Shown piece by piece: positions 48,761-57,593 of a DNA stretch of 64,000 nt. The position numbers and the translations under genes were made by a program. Below the pieces are notes generated by a model, which saw only the letters and a program-made list of their open reading frames with translations, was not told the origin of the DNA and ran no database searches. The DNA is from a virus, in the IMG/VR virus record IMGVR_UViG_3300012954_000010, positions 34,498 through 98,497 of that record. One strand, written 5' to 3'. Within the stretch, counting starts at the first letter, position 1, and the number at the start of each line of letters is the position of its first letter.

Positions 48761-49223
48761 GTATGAATTCTAGGTGTCCCCAATTGGATCCCCAGACTTT
48801 TTGTCCTGTCTCAGGATTGATTCCCGAGTCCATGACACTGTATGTATTATACCCGAGAACTATGTCATTCGTCAAGTAAGTTTTGATGCCTTGCCAGACG
48901 ACCCAGCAGTCACAGTCAGTGTTGTGACCGAAAAATTTTCCATACTTTTCATCATACTCAAAGATTGTATCACATCCTTCTTTATAGTGGTGACCTGTCA
49001 GGTCAAAATTTTTGATGCGAAATTTTTCTCCATCTGGAAAAACACGCATACGAAATTGCCTGTAGGGTTTATCCTGTGAGTGATAGTATGCTTGAGATCC
49101 CTCAAACCAATCACCACCGATCCATTCATGTTTAATAATAATCCTAGCGTAGCGAGTAGGATGCTTTAATGCTTGTAGACGATTGTCAAAAGTTCCTTCT
49201 AGGTAGTCATGAAAAAGTGTCAT
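48738..49223 (-). CDS. cpeT: CpeT/CpcT-like bilin lyase
   Basis: LEGTFDN..QA...P..YARI...KPYRQ...GCD...MDSG...VWGS. Confidence 0.85.
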   Translation of the reverse strand: MTLFHDYLEGTFDNRLQALKHPTRYARIIIKHEWIGGDWFEGSQAYYHSQDKPYRQFRMRVFPDGEKFRIKNFDLTGHHYKEGCDTIFEYDEKYGKFFGHNTDCDCWVVWQGIKTYLTNDIVLGYNTYSVMDSGINPETGQKVWGSNWGHLEFIRHSSSAG

Positions 49224-49503
49224 CGGGCAATAGTTCAGGGTTCTGAACTTCTATATCAAATAAAAGTGGGTGTAATTCTTCTGCGATTAGATAATCAGAA
49301 CTCTTGTCAACTTGATCCAATGAAAACTCTGGGTTACAAGCTGCCTCAGATTTAATCCAGACATCTTCTAACTGATGCTTTTCGATGGTATCAAACGAAA
49401 ATGGCATACCATCGATGAAGTACATTTTGACTATAGTCTCGTACTCTCCAGGGAATGTGCAAAACACATACTTAGAACTAATTGAATATCCCTTGAAAGA
49501 CAT
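49207..49503 (-). CDS. Conserved cyanophage hypothetical protein
   Basis: VKMYFIDGMPFSFD...YLIAEELHP. Confidence 0.7.
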   Translation of the reverse strand: MSFKGYSISSKYVFCTFPGEYETIVKMYFIDGMPFSFDTIEKHQLEDVWIKSEAACNPEFSLDQVDKSSDYLIAEELHPLLFDIEVQNPELLPDDTFS

Positions 49504-49528
49504 AAGTTTCTATGTCATACTGGATTAT

Positions 49529-50167
49529 TTATGTGTCAGCGTATGAAAACAAAAAGTTATTTACATAATCTTTAGAGAAATCTTTACCAAATTTGCTTGC
49601 CATATATCCGATCACAGGATCCAAGTCTAACATATATTGGTCAAAGTTTTTATATACTCTGACATCAGTTTCCTTCGGTCTAGCAAAATAGAGTAGTTCT
49701 TCGTATGCACTTACATAACGCTTGAAGTTAATAAGATGCTTTTTAATGTCATCTACAGTGCCTTTCCTAACATAAACAAATCTAGAGAAATGATTACCTG
49801 CTTCAAAGAATCTGATATCTTCACTAGTGTTGTCATACATGTCTGGAAGTAGATATGAGATGACAGGGTGATCGAAGTCATAATTTGGAGTTGGATGCTG
49901 GAAGTCCCAAACAATTATTACTTTCTTTTCAAAGAAACACATCAAATCCATACCAAAACAAGGAAGATTCTCTCCAGTCTTTGGATAGACGATGTTATTG
50001 TATATTTTAGTTTTACCATCATCAATAATGGTTTCTCTGGATTTCAATATGTGATCCCCAGAATATAATTTTGATTTCAGTCTTGGACCATGGATCCAAA
50101 TTTTACTGTCCTCTTCAACTTTTAAGTTGAGTGTTTTGACCAAGAAGTCTTGGTATTCATTCCACAT
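49529..50167 (-). CDS. pebS: Phycoerythrobilin synthase (ferredoxin-dependent bilin reductase)
   Basis: IYNNIVYPKTGENLPCFGMDLM...KKVIIVWDFQHP, RFFEAGNHFS, FDQYMLDLDPV.GYM...FLFSY. Confidence 0.9.
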   Translation of the reverse strand: MWNEYQDFLVKTLNLKVEEDSKIWIHGPRLKSKLYSGDHILKSRETIIDDGKTKIYNNIVYPKTGENLPCFGMDLMCFFEKKVIIVWDFQHPTPNYDFDHPVISYLLPDMYDNTSEDIRFFEAGNHFSRFVYVRKGTVDDIKKHLINFKRYVSAYEELLYFARPKETDVRVYKNFDQYMLDLDPVIGYMASKFGKDFSKDYVNNFLFSYADT

Positions 50168-50178
50168 TTAATTCTCCA

Positions 50179-50262
50179 TAGGAGTGGGGGGACTTGAACC
50201 CCCACGATGTTACCATCAGCGGATTTTAAGTCCGATACGTCTACCGATTCCGTCACACTCCC
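50179..50262 (-). tRNA. tRNA-Leu(UAA)
   Basis: GGGAGTG acceptor stem; CTTAAAA anticodon loop; long variable arm; GTTCAAG. Confidence 0.93.
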
Positions 50263-50711
50263 AAAAATTCATAAATCACATCGCTGCCCCACATTTTTTT
50301 ATTGCGGTTCGCGGTCCATCCTCGGTCACGACTCTTATATCTAGTACCGTCGAATTCTACCATACTTTCGACGAATCCACCATTCACTAGACATTCATCT
50401 GTAGCAACTTTACCTTTGTAGATACCGTTCTCCAGAGTGAATATCATATCACAACAACCACGATGTCCCTGCCAGTTTACTCCCCAGTTCTCAACACGGA
50501 TGTGATCACCTTCAGTATAAACTTTATGCCAACGCTTCCTATATGGTTTTTCTTCACCAAGATAGTGATACCATTGCTTAGACTCTAGTTGTTTGGGTCC
50601 TAGTCTAGTCCAGCGAATTTTAACATGAGCATATCTGGCAGGATCAGCAGATGCCTGCTTCCAACTATCGTAGTATCCTTCTAATTTATCACAAAATTCT
50701 TCAGCATTCAT
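50253..50711 (-). CDS. cpeT: Second CpeT/CpcT-like lyase
   Basis: LEGYYD...QA.ADPARYAHV...KPYR...CDM.F...SRDRGW...WGS. Confidence 0.8.
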   Translation of the reverse strand: MNAEEFCDKLEGYYDSWKQASADPARYAHVKIRWTRLGPKQLESKQWYHYLGEEKPYRKRWHKVYTEGDHIRVENWGVNWQGHRGCCDMIFTLENGIYKGKVATDECLVNGGFVESMVEFDGTRYKSRDRGWTANRNKKMWGSDVIYEFLGV

Positions 50712-50956
50712 GTAAAGAGACCAGTGTCTTTCATATATTGTAGTGCTTCTTTCATGCTACCGATATGCTTTTCATCGATAGCAACTTGTGGATATGATGC
50801 ATCACCGCCAAACTCCATTTCAAACTGATATTGTTCAAAATGCTTTCCAACTGTATACTCTAGAAATTCTTTTACATCTGGAAGAGTTTTAAGTAACTGA
50901 GTCATTCGTTCACATTCTTGACTACCGTTACTATAAATTACAACTGTGTTAATCAC
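50708..50956 (-). CDS. Glutaredoxin-like protein
   Basis: VVIYSNGSQECER...FG..ASYPQV.ID.KHIG; GTG start at 50956 preferred. Confidence 0.75.
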   Translation of the reverse strand: MINTVVIYSNGSQECERMTQLLKTLPDVKEFLEYTVGKHFEQYQFEMEFGGDASYPQVAIDEKHIGSMKEALQYMKDTGLFT

Positions 50957-51272
50957 GCTGCCTCCAGTCATCAGGTTTGTCCCTCTGAAACCAGTCAACG
51001 ATTTCATCTGCACCTTTGAACCCCGTTCTGTGATTGGATGGGTCGGGGTCGCCAAGTCCCATCCTATTCATAAAATCATCCATACTACCTTCCTGAATGT
51101 CTTGGGCGGCATGGCGTCGTGCTTGCTGCAACCAATTTCTAGCGGTGGTATTTGCTTTGGACAGTTTCTCTGCCCACACCATATCATCTAATGATACTTG
51201 TTCCTTTTTCGCAATCTTGCTACAGATACCTTCTAAACGAAGGCGATATTTAGTAGAGAGCATATTACTCAC
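50949..51272 (-). CDS. Conserved hypothetical protein
   Basis: MLSTKYRLRLE.IC..I...W..KL...DDWRQRD. Confidence 0.8.
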   Translation of the reverse strand: MSNMLSTKYRLRLEGICSKIAKKEQVSLDDMVWAEKLSKANTTARNWLQQARRHAAQDIQEGSMDDFMNRMGLGDPDPSNHRTGFKGADEIVDWFQRDKPDDWRQRD

Positions 51273-51459
51273 GCAGTTTTGTTTCTAGGTCAGAAAGTTT
51301 AGTAAATTCTGTATGTGCAGCGTCCTGGCGCTCACACACAATATTTAGAATATCATCCAGAATGATTTCATTTTCAACATAGTCATCAAGGTACTGGTCG
51401 AGTGCTTCTTTCAGATACCTATATCTATGCCACTCTGGGGAGTATGGTTTGTAGTGCAT
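51265..51459 (-). CDS. Hypothetical protein
   Basis: MHYKPYSPEWHR..YLKEA; first gene after the promoter. Confidence 0.75.
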   Translation of the reverse strand: MHYKPYSPEWHRYRYLKEALDQYLDDYVENEIILDDILNIVCERQDAAHTEFTKLSDLETKLRE

Positions 51460-51482
51460 GATATAGCAGATATATGTCCTGC

Positions 51483-51520
51483 ATTATAAGACAAAAAAAG
51501 GGGGGTGTCAAGCACCCCCT
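51483..51520 (-). promoter_or_regulatory. Consensus sigma70 promoter overlapping a terminator hairpin
   Basis: TTGACA(51511-51506)-N17-TATAAT(51488-51483); the -35 lies in the GGGGGTG/CACCCCC hairpin with a T tract. Confidence 0.85.
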
Positions 51521-51540
51521 AACATTATATTATATTATCT

Positions 51541-51909
51541 TCAGAAGGAGTAGGTAACACCGATTTTAGTACCATATCCATTGTCAGCATCATCGACGCC
51601 ACCAGCGAAGGAAAGTTCGCCGTAGATATCGAGTGCTTCGGTAGCAGCAACGCTGCCATAAACTTTACCAGACAGAACGGTATCAGATTCACCACCGTCA
51701 GTTACGACGAAAGAAGGACCGACCTGAGCACCATAGGAGACGATACCGTCACCACCAGCGTAGCCCACATGAGCGTCTGTAGTAGTCCCAGTGTAATCAG
51801 ATCCAGTGAAACCTGAGTTTGCCTCGATGTTCACGTAAGGACCAGCAAATGCGGCAGGAGCAGCAAGAGCGGTAGCAGCTGCGGCAGCAGCAAAAGCAGT
51901 TTTGATCAT
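51541..51909 (-). CDS. Exported outer-membrane beta-barrel-like protein
   Basis: Ala-rich signal peptide; amphipathic strands; terminal GVTYSF. Confidence 0.8.
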   Translation of the reverse strand: MIKTAFAAAAAATALAAPAAFAGPYVNIEANSGFTGSDYTGTTTDAHVGYAGGDGIVSYGAQVGPSFVVTDGGESDTVLSGKVYGSVAATEALDIYGELSFAGGVDDADNGYGTKIGVTYSF

Positions 51910-52032
51910 GTAAATTTACCTCGTTTGTTGTAGATCGATTGGGTCCTTTCCCAACCACACGAGTAATTTATCAGAGTTGAGGGGGAAAAGCAACCCCCCT
52001 TGTGCCAGTTTGCAATGAGTATATCTTACCAG

Positions 52033-53085
52033 TTAGTTAAGATAAATTAATGCACCCTTGACAGTGACATCGCCCCCTGCTGTAAGACCAAGGGAAGTTG
52101 TTGCTGTAATTTCCGTTGCTAATGTAGAAGTAGTCTTGACATCCTTCATCGCTTGCACAACAAAGGATCCTGGGAGAAGTCCATCAAAGGATGGTTTCGC
52201 AATGCCAGCGGTTGCCATGATACTACCAACCTTAGTGCTCAACTTAATGTCACCATTGGTAGAATACAAACTTAGAGCATTCTTAGGATCAAAGATGAGA
52301 CCACCTTTAGCACCAACTACACCTAGTTCATATCTACCGACGACCTGATACTTCATGTCGCCCAAAAACTTGAAACTCTGGTTACCAGCAGAAATGGTTG
52401 CTGTGGTTCCTCTAGGATCTAATTGTACATCAGTCTTCTCACTTGTCAATGTTGTTGACTGTCCTAGTACAATTTCTTCCTTATTTCTTGTGATTTGTTT
52501 GATCGTACCAGCATTCATCGAGATGGTTCCACCACCCCCTGTGCCCGCTTGTAGATTGATTCCACCCAGTCCAACCAGATTCAGTAGTCCCGTCGCTTCT
52601 ATGACCACATGGGTGCCTTGGATGCGTCTCTCGCCGTGAGTTTCCTCACGATGGTCACCATGACATAGAACAGACTTAGCAAGACCAGAGGTCGCTCCCT
52701 CTGGTTCCTTTCCTTCAGTGGTAGGGTTGGTAGGATTGGCAGTATTCTCTTCGATGTTAGGTCCATCGTTCTTGGTTATCTGTCCACCAGTTGTGTTGAT
52801 CATAAAACGACCGCCACAAGGGTTTCCCTTACCACCAGGACCAGACACAAAAATAAAGTCACCCTTCTGAGTGATAGTAAATCCGTGACCTGTCAGTTTA
52901 TTTCTAGCATCTAAATCTCCACCATCAGTTCTCAGAACATATTCCTCATTCTGAAAAATGACAGAGACTTTCTCAACAACTCTAGGTTTTGGTTCGTCTG
53001 GAGTTGCTTGAGAGTTTTTTCTTGCAGCGGCATCTAAAAGTTTACCGCTATCCTTGTTTACATTTGCTAATGCCATTATGGACAA
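52033..53085 (-). CDS. Baseplate spike protein (gp5 C-terminal-like)
   Basis: Follows gp5; beta-helix-like repeats; ends VKGALIYLN. Confidence 0.65.
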   Translation of the reverse strand: MSIMALANVNKDSGKLLDAAARKNSQATPDEPKPRVVEKVSVIFQNEEYVLRTDGGDLDARNKLTGHGFTITQKGDFIFVSGPGGKGNPCGGRFMINTTGGQITKNDGPNIEENTANPTNPTTEGKEPEGATSGLAKSVLCHGDHREETHGERRIQGTHVVIEATGLLNLVGLGGINLQAGTGGGGTISMNAGTIKQITRNKEEIVLGQSTTLTSEKTDVQLDPRGTTATISAGNQSFKFLGDMKYQVVGRYELGVVGAKGGLIFDPKNALSLYSTNGDIKLSTKVGSIMATAGIAKPSFDGLLPGSFVVQAMKDVKTTSTLATEITATTSLGLTAGGDVTVKGALIYLN

Positions 53086-55928
53086 TCAATATAACGACCA
53101 GTGCCAATCTTGGCAGAACCAACCTTGACGAGTGTGTCTGTATCTAGGCAAGAGAATGATGGTATGTATCTAGCACCAAATCCTCCACCACCAAGAATTC
53201 TGACATCAGGGTAGTCAAAATAAGTTGTTTCTCTATCCAGTATTCTAACACTAATTACAAATCCCTGCTCATCAATGATAGCTTCTGCTTTACTTGAATC
53301 ACCATTTAGAAATACAGTTGGAGCTGTCTTATATCCACTTCCAGGGGAAAGCATTGTAAAACTATCAATGATGCAACTAACTTCAACTGGTTCGTTTGCT
53401 TTGTAACCAGAACCAGGACTAGTTACTCGAATTTCTGATAATCTTCCCTTATCATCTAGTAGAGCAATAGCGTTAGCACCACTCCCCTCTCCACTGATAA
53501 TCACAGTAGGAGGTTCAATGAATGGATCTCCTGGTTCATCAACAGGAACTTCGATAATTCCACCATCTCTATCTGTGATTACTGGTTTAGTTGTTGGTCT
53601 CTTTGCTTCTCTAAACTGTTTATCATCACCGTCAGGGAATTTATTGTCCAGCACATCATTTAATTCTTCACTTGACAGATCCTGTTCCTCTCCTTCAATT
53701 ACAACAGATACAGATTCCCCTGTTCCATCAATAACAAAAGTCAATACCTCGTCACCTTCAACTACACCATCATCTTCTATGCCAACAATAACTCTTGCTT
53801 TATCTTCTTCGATAACAAAAGTACCCTGTAGATTACCACCCACAATATCAGATCCAGTAATATTATTACCAATTAATCTATAGTTAAATCCTGTACCACT
53901 TGGAATATTTTCCGAAGTAATAGTATATGTGACAAATTGCCCTTCTCTTACAGAAGTTTTATCAGCAACTACTCTGATTGATGGATCTAAATTTTCCACC
54001 TCTTCAGTCAAACCATTATTGTTAGTAAGATCCTGTACTACATCGTCTGGTAGTTCACTCAATATTACATCTGGTACATTAACTCCACCACCAATTCCAC
54101 CACCATCTGTAGGCGGAAGGTCAGTATCGTCTCCAGTTTTAACTGTAGATTCAAAAATTACAACCCTTGCAAAGGATTTATTAAATGTTACAGCTGCAAT
54201 ATCTCTAGGGGGAGTTGCTCTTTTGATAGCAACAAAGAAATCTTCTGGACCCTCTCTTTCACTATCATTGAATGTTTGAATCTCGATGTATTTTACTGTC
54301 TCTCCAGGAGAAAATCCTAAAATACCATCAGATTTTTGGAAGTCTAGGTAATTAGCACTTCCAGTTATAGTTCTAAAGGTTACACTTGAGGAAATATCAG
54401 TGAGACCAGTTCTAGATACAGCAATCTTAGCAACCTCACCTTCAGTTACACTAAGATCTTGAATGTCATAATTAATAACATTTGGGGTTGGTTGTGTGCC
54501 ACCAATAATAGTAACTTCAGTATCCTCTAACTTGACACCTTCATATGCTTCTTCACAAGTATATGTTGCCCAGTCAGCACCTGCACCTTCCCACGGATCT
54601 TCTAGATCTTTTAGTAACTTGTCTAGGAAGTTTTCTTTCTTGTCTGTCTTACACTTGGTAGATACAGTTGTTGTCTGCTTACATCCTTTACCAGGACCAT
54701 CACAAGAAATACCAAGAAGATCTAGAACAAAATTAATTGCTTCACCAATTATGTTGAGTGGAGCAGCAATTGCACCTAAGATATCTTGTAAAGGACCCAG
54801 AACACTAGCAAGCAACTCTTCCATGAGTGCTCTAATTTTATTGAGTATACCTTGAACTAGTTTATCTACCTGACATGCTGCTGCTTTGTAGATTGAAAAT
54901 AGATAGTTGAATAGTAATTCTTCTAAGAACTCTTGTAGTCTAAGACCCAAGTCTTTCATACTACATCCAAGATTCTTCAACATTTCATTGAAGAATTTAG
55001 TTACTGGTGTTAGAGCATTTCCATTTTCATCTGGTCTCAAGATTGCTTTGATCAAGTCATCGATCACCATCTTGATCTTTTCAACTACATAACCCTTCAC
55101 CTTAGCGATGAAGGTTTCCATGATACGAATTGCTTTATTGATATTTCTTCTTCCAATATCAATTGTATCGTAAATGTCACCAGTCCACTGACCAACCAGA
55201 TATGTACCAACTTTACCGTTACTTTGCTGAACATCCCTGAGCATTTCACTCAGTAATCTGGTAAATGTTCCTTGAAGATTACTCTCCTCACCACAATTAG
55301 TCACGACAGCAACACTGAAATTGATGCCTGCTCTGTTTGTTTCAGAAGTTTCTGCTCTCTTTGCAGCAGATAAATTTGTAATTAATGCTGGTTTTGGAGC
55401 GTCTTCATCAATATCATCATTCTTTCCCCCAGACAAAGGGACTCCTGCTTCTACTGAAGAAAAATCTCCTTCATCAACAGGTTGATCACTTTGTCTAACT
55501 TCTGGATCAAGAAATGTAGTAAAATTTTTACATCCCTCACCAGGATTAGGATCTCCTACAATTTCAGGTGCTGCATTTGCTACCTGACCAATCGATCCCA
55601 TGATTACTGGTTGCTGTTGCTCTCTATCTAAAAAGAAACCAACAACCCAATCTCCAGGTTCTAGTCTTGGTGATTTAGATCTAGTTGCACCAGCAGCATA
55701 AGGATCCGTCACAGGCATCATAGTGATTGCCCATGGCAGATCCGCAGTTGCTACTGCTGTACAAGACTTAGGATGATGCCCTACGATTCTGACTTTATAT
55801 CTGCCAGAACGCTTTGGATCTTTTTCTCCATCATTCCGATATGTAGGCGTCTCAACTTGACCGATCCACCAGGCAAAACCATCGGAACCGATCTGATGCA
55901 TCGGAAATAATGAAGATAGGGCATCCAT
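53076..55928 (-). CDS. gp5: Baseplate hub gp5 (OB-fold N-terminus, Calx-beta-like inserts)
   Basis: WWIGQVE...GRYKVRIVGHH...DLPWA...GDWVVGFFLD...QQPVIMGSI. Confidence 0.88.
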   Translation of the reverse strand: MDALSSLFPMHQIGSDGFAWWIGQVETPTYRNDGEKDPKRSGRYKVRIVGHHPKSCTAVATADLPWAITMMPVTDPYAAGATRSKSPRLEPGDWVVGFFLDREQQQPVIMGSIGQVANAAPEIVGDPNPGEGCKNFTTFLDPEVRQSDQPVDEGDFSSVEAGVPLSGGKNDDIDEDAPKPALITNLSAAKRAETSETNRAGINFSVAVVTNCGEESNLQGTFTRLLSEMLRDVQQSNGKVGTYLVGQWTGDIYDTIDIGRRNINKAIRIMETFIAKVKGYVVEKIKMVIDDLIKAILRPDENGNALTPVTKFFNEMLKNLGCSMKDLGLRLQEFLEELLFNYLFSIYKAAACQVDKLVQGILNKIRALMEELLASVLGPLQDILGAIAAPLNIIGEAINFVLDLLGISCDGPGKGCKQTTTVSTKCKTDKKENFLDKLLKDLEDPWEGAGADWATYTCEEAYEGVKLEDTEVTIIGGTQPTPNVINYDIQDLSVTEGEVAKIAVSRTGLTDISSSVTFRTITGSANYLDFQKSDGILGFSPGETVKYIEIQTFNDSEREGPEDFFVAIKRATPPRDIAAVTFNKSFARVVIFESTVKTGDDTDLPPTDGGGIGGGVNVPDVILSELPDDVVQDLTNNNGLTEEVENLDPSIRVVADKTSVREGQFVTYTITSENIPSGTGFNYRLIGNNITGSDIVGGNLQGTFVIEEDKARVIVGIEDDGVVEGDEVLTFVIDGTGESVSVVIEGEEQDLSSEELNDVLDNKFPDGDDKQFREAKRPTTKPVITDRDGGIIEVPVDEPGDPFIEPPTVIISGEGSGANAIALLDDKGRLSEIRVTSPGSGYKANEPVEVSCIIDSFTMLSPGSGYKTAPTVFLNGDSSKAEAIIDEQGFVISVRILDRETTYFDYPDVRILGGGGFGARYIPSFSCLDTDTLVKVGSAKIGTGRYIDCP

Positions 55929-55930
55929 AA

Positions 55931-56158
55931 TTAGTTATCGTGAATTTTACACTCAGGTGCTCCAGGTTCTACTTCACAATAGAGTTCAAGAGGAGAGGGA
56001 TCATGGTGATCGCCTGCTTCAATTTCATCTTTGTGATTTTCTGCGTAGATTTCTAGTTCATGTAGCTCTTCTTCGACATGACGACGCTTCTGTGGAGAAG
56101 TCATCGGATTGTCTAGAATTTCTTTATCGGCTTTGATGTGTTGTTCGATGCTGTCCAT
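55931..56158 (-). CDS. cp12: CP12 Calvin-cycle inhibitor
   Basis: EEELHEL...DPSPLELYCEVEPGAPECKIHD; GGAGG RBS. Confidence 0.9.
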   Translation of the reverse strand: MDSIEQHIKADKEILDNPMTSPQKRRHVEEELHELEIYAENHKDEIEAGDHHDPSPLELYCEVEPGAPECKIHDN

Positions 56159-56165
56159 AGTCCTC

Positions 56166-57593
56166 CTACTTTACATTCGATTCTTCGTAACCAATGGAGT
56201 CTCTAATTAACTCCAATACAGTATCGCACTCCTTGGTACGATTGTCAAAGATATTTGTGATTTTCCTGATAAGATAGATGCCACTGTGTTCTGGGTCAAA
56301 GGACCCTGCATTTTCCTTTTCTGCATGAGGAATTTGGTTTGGAATCTTGACCTCTATCTTATTTCCAACTCGAAGATCCAGATTACCAGTCACTGAGATT
56401 GTTAATTGCTGATTGAACAAGATGCCTGCTCTAGCAATCGATTGAAGTAAGTATTGTTTCTGATAATCTGTGAAATCTCCAGGTTTTTCACTGTCTTCGT
56501 TAGAAGCAATGTCTGTACCGTTATACCAGTTTTCGTGATTTACTACAGTGGATAAAATACGTGTGGGGTATTGGGAGAGTGTTACTTGCCCCTGTGGTAG
56601 CTTTTTTTGAGCACCTAGATGAGCCATGTTGTCCCACATGTCACTTAATTTGTAAACATATTCCTCGTATTTGCCAGTATTTATGTTGAAAAAGCAGCAT
56701 AATGACGAATATGCACCTTGTCTTAGCTTCTTGAGTAGATCAATTTCATTTTTAAACTCAACTTCCATGATCTTTCTATCATTCTGTGCATCAGTAGCAT
56801 CCACATTTGCTGCCTGATATGTGTAAGATGCTACAGGTCCAGATCCATTGAACTTATCTGTAGATGTAGAAACTAAAGAGTCAATACTTTTGAAATGAAA
56901 TCCATCAAAGTCCTGATAAAAAATAAATCCAGCAGTTCCTTTCGCTTGAGATACATTTCCTGGGGAATCAGAACTTACTGTTGATGCTCCACTTGAAACT
57001 TCTGCCTTTGTTTTAGTCTTTGGTTCAGCACCAGCTGATATAGTTTTTGCTTGTAGATCTCTGATGATAGAGAATGGACTCTTAGAAGCAGGAATAATCT
57101 TCATAGAGTTGACACTCTCTTGCAATTTCATCTGAGCATCAGATACTTTAAAATACTCCCTCAACAATTTTCCTACAATAGTGGTAGGAGTTCCTTCCAG
57201 AACACGATTGACAAAAATACCTTCGTTTGCTAGTAGAGCAGCAGATACTAGACCTAGTGTATAACTTCTACTTCTTTCTTTTTCAATTCTATTACCTACT
57301 TTCCAAACACGAAACTCATACTCACGATCATCTCCTTTGTAGTCAGTTAACTCAACAGTAACTTTCTCAAAACCTTGAATAGGCATTGTTCCAGGTAAGT
57401 TCTGACCTCTCTCATTAAGCACCAGAGTTGCTTTGTATCCAATGTCAAACAGATCCTCATAATATTGAAATGAGATGACTGTATTTTCAGATACCCCTGC
57501 TTTGTAGATTATTGAATATGGTTCGCCAGATTCTTCACCGACTCTCCAGATTTTGATTGTTTTAAAACTGAATTCTCTTGCTTTCATAATCAA
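56166..57593 (-). CDS. Baseplate hub protein (gp27/GpD-like)
   Basis: FQYYEDL..., FIFYQDFDGFHFKSID, GNLDLRVG...SGIYLI..I; located between the tape-measure-like genes and gp5. Confidence 0.7.
   Translation of the reverse strand: MIMKAREFSFKTIKIWRVGEESGEPYSIIYKAGVSENTVISFQYYEDLFDIGYKATLVLNERGQNLPGTMPIQGFEKVTVELTDYKGDDREYEFRVWKVGNRIEKERSRSYTLGLVSAALLANEGIFVNRVLEGTPTTIVGKLLREYFKVSDAQMKLQESVNSMKIIPASKSPFSIIRDLQAKTISAGAEPKTKTKAEVSSGASTVSSDSPGNVSQAKGTAGFIFYQDFDGFHFKSIDSLVSTSTDKFNGSGPVASYTYQAANVDATDAQNDRKIMEVEFKNEIDLLKKLRQGAYSSLCCFFNINTGKYEEYVYKLSDMWDNMAHLGAQKKLPQGQVTLSQYPTRILSTVVNHENWYNGTDIASNEDSEKPGDFTDYQKQYLLQSIARAGILFNQQLTISVTGNLDLRVGNKIEVKIPNQIPHAEKENAGSFDPEHSGIYLIRKITNIFDNRTKECDTVLELIRDSIGYEESNVK
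56220..56248 (-). promoter_or_regulatory. Internal sigma70 promoter for cp12
   Basis: TTGACA-N17-GATACT about 60 nt upstream of cp12, inside the upstream CDS. Confidence 0.6.
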
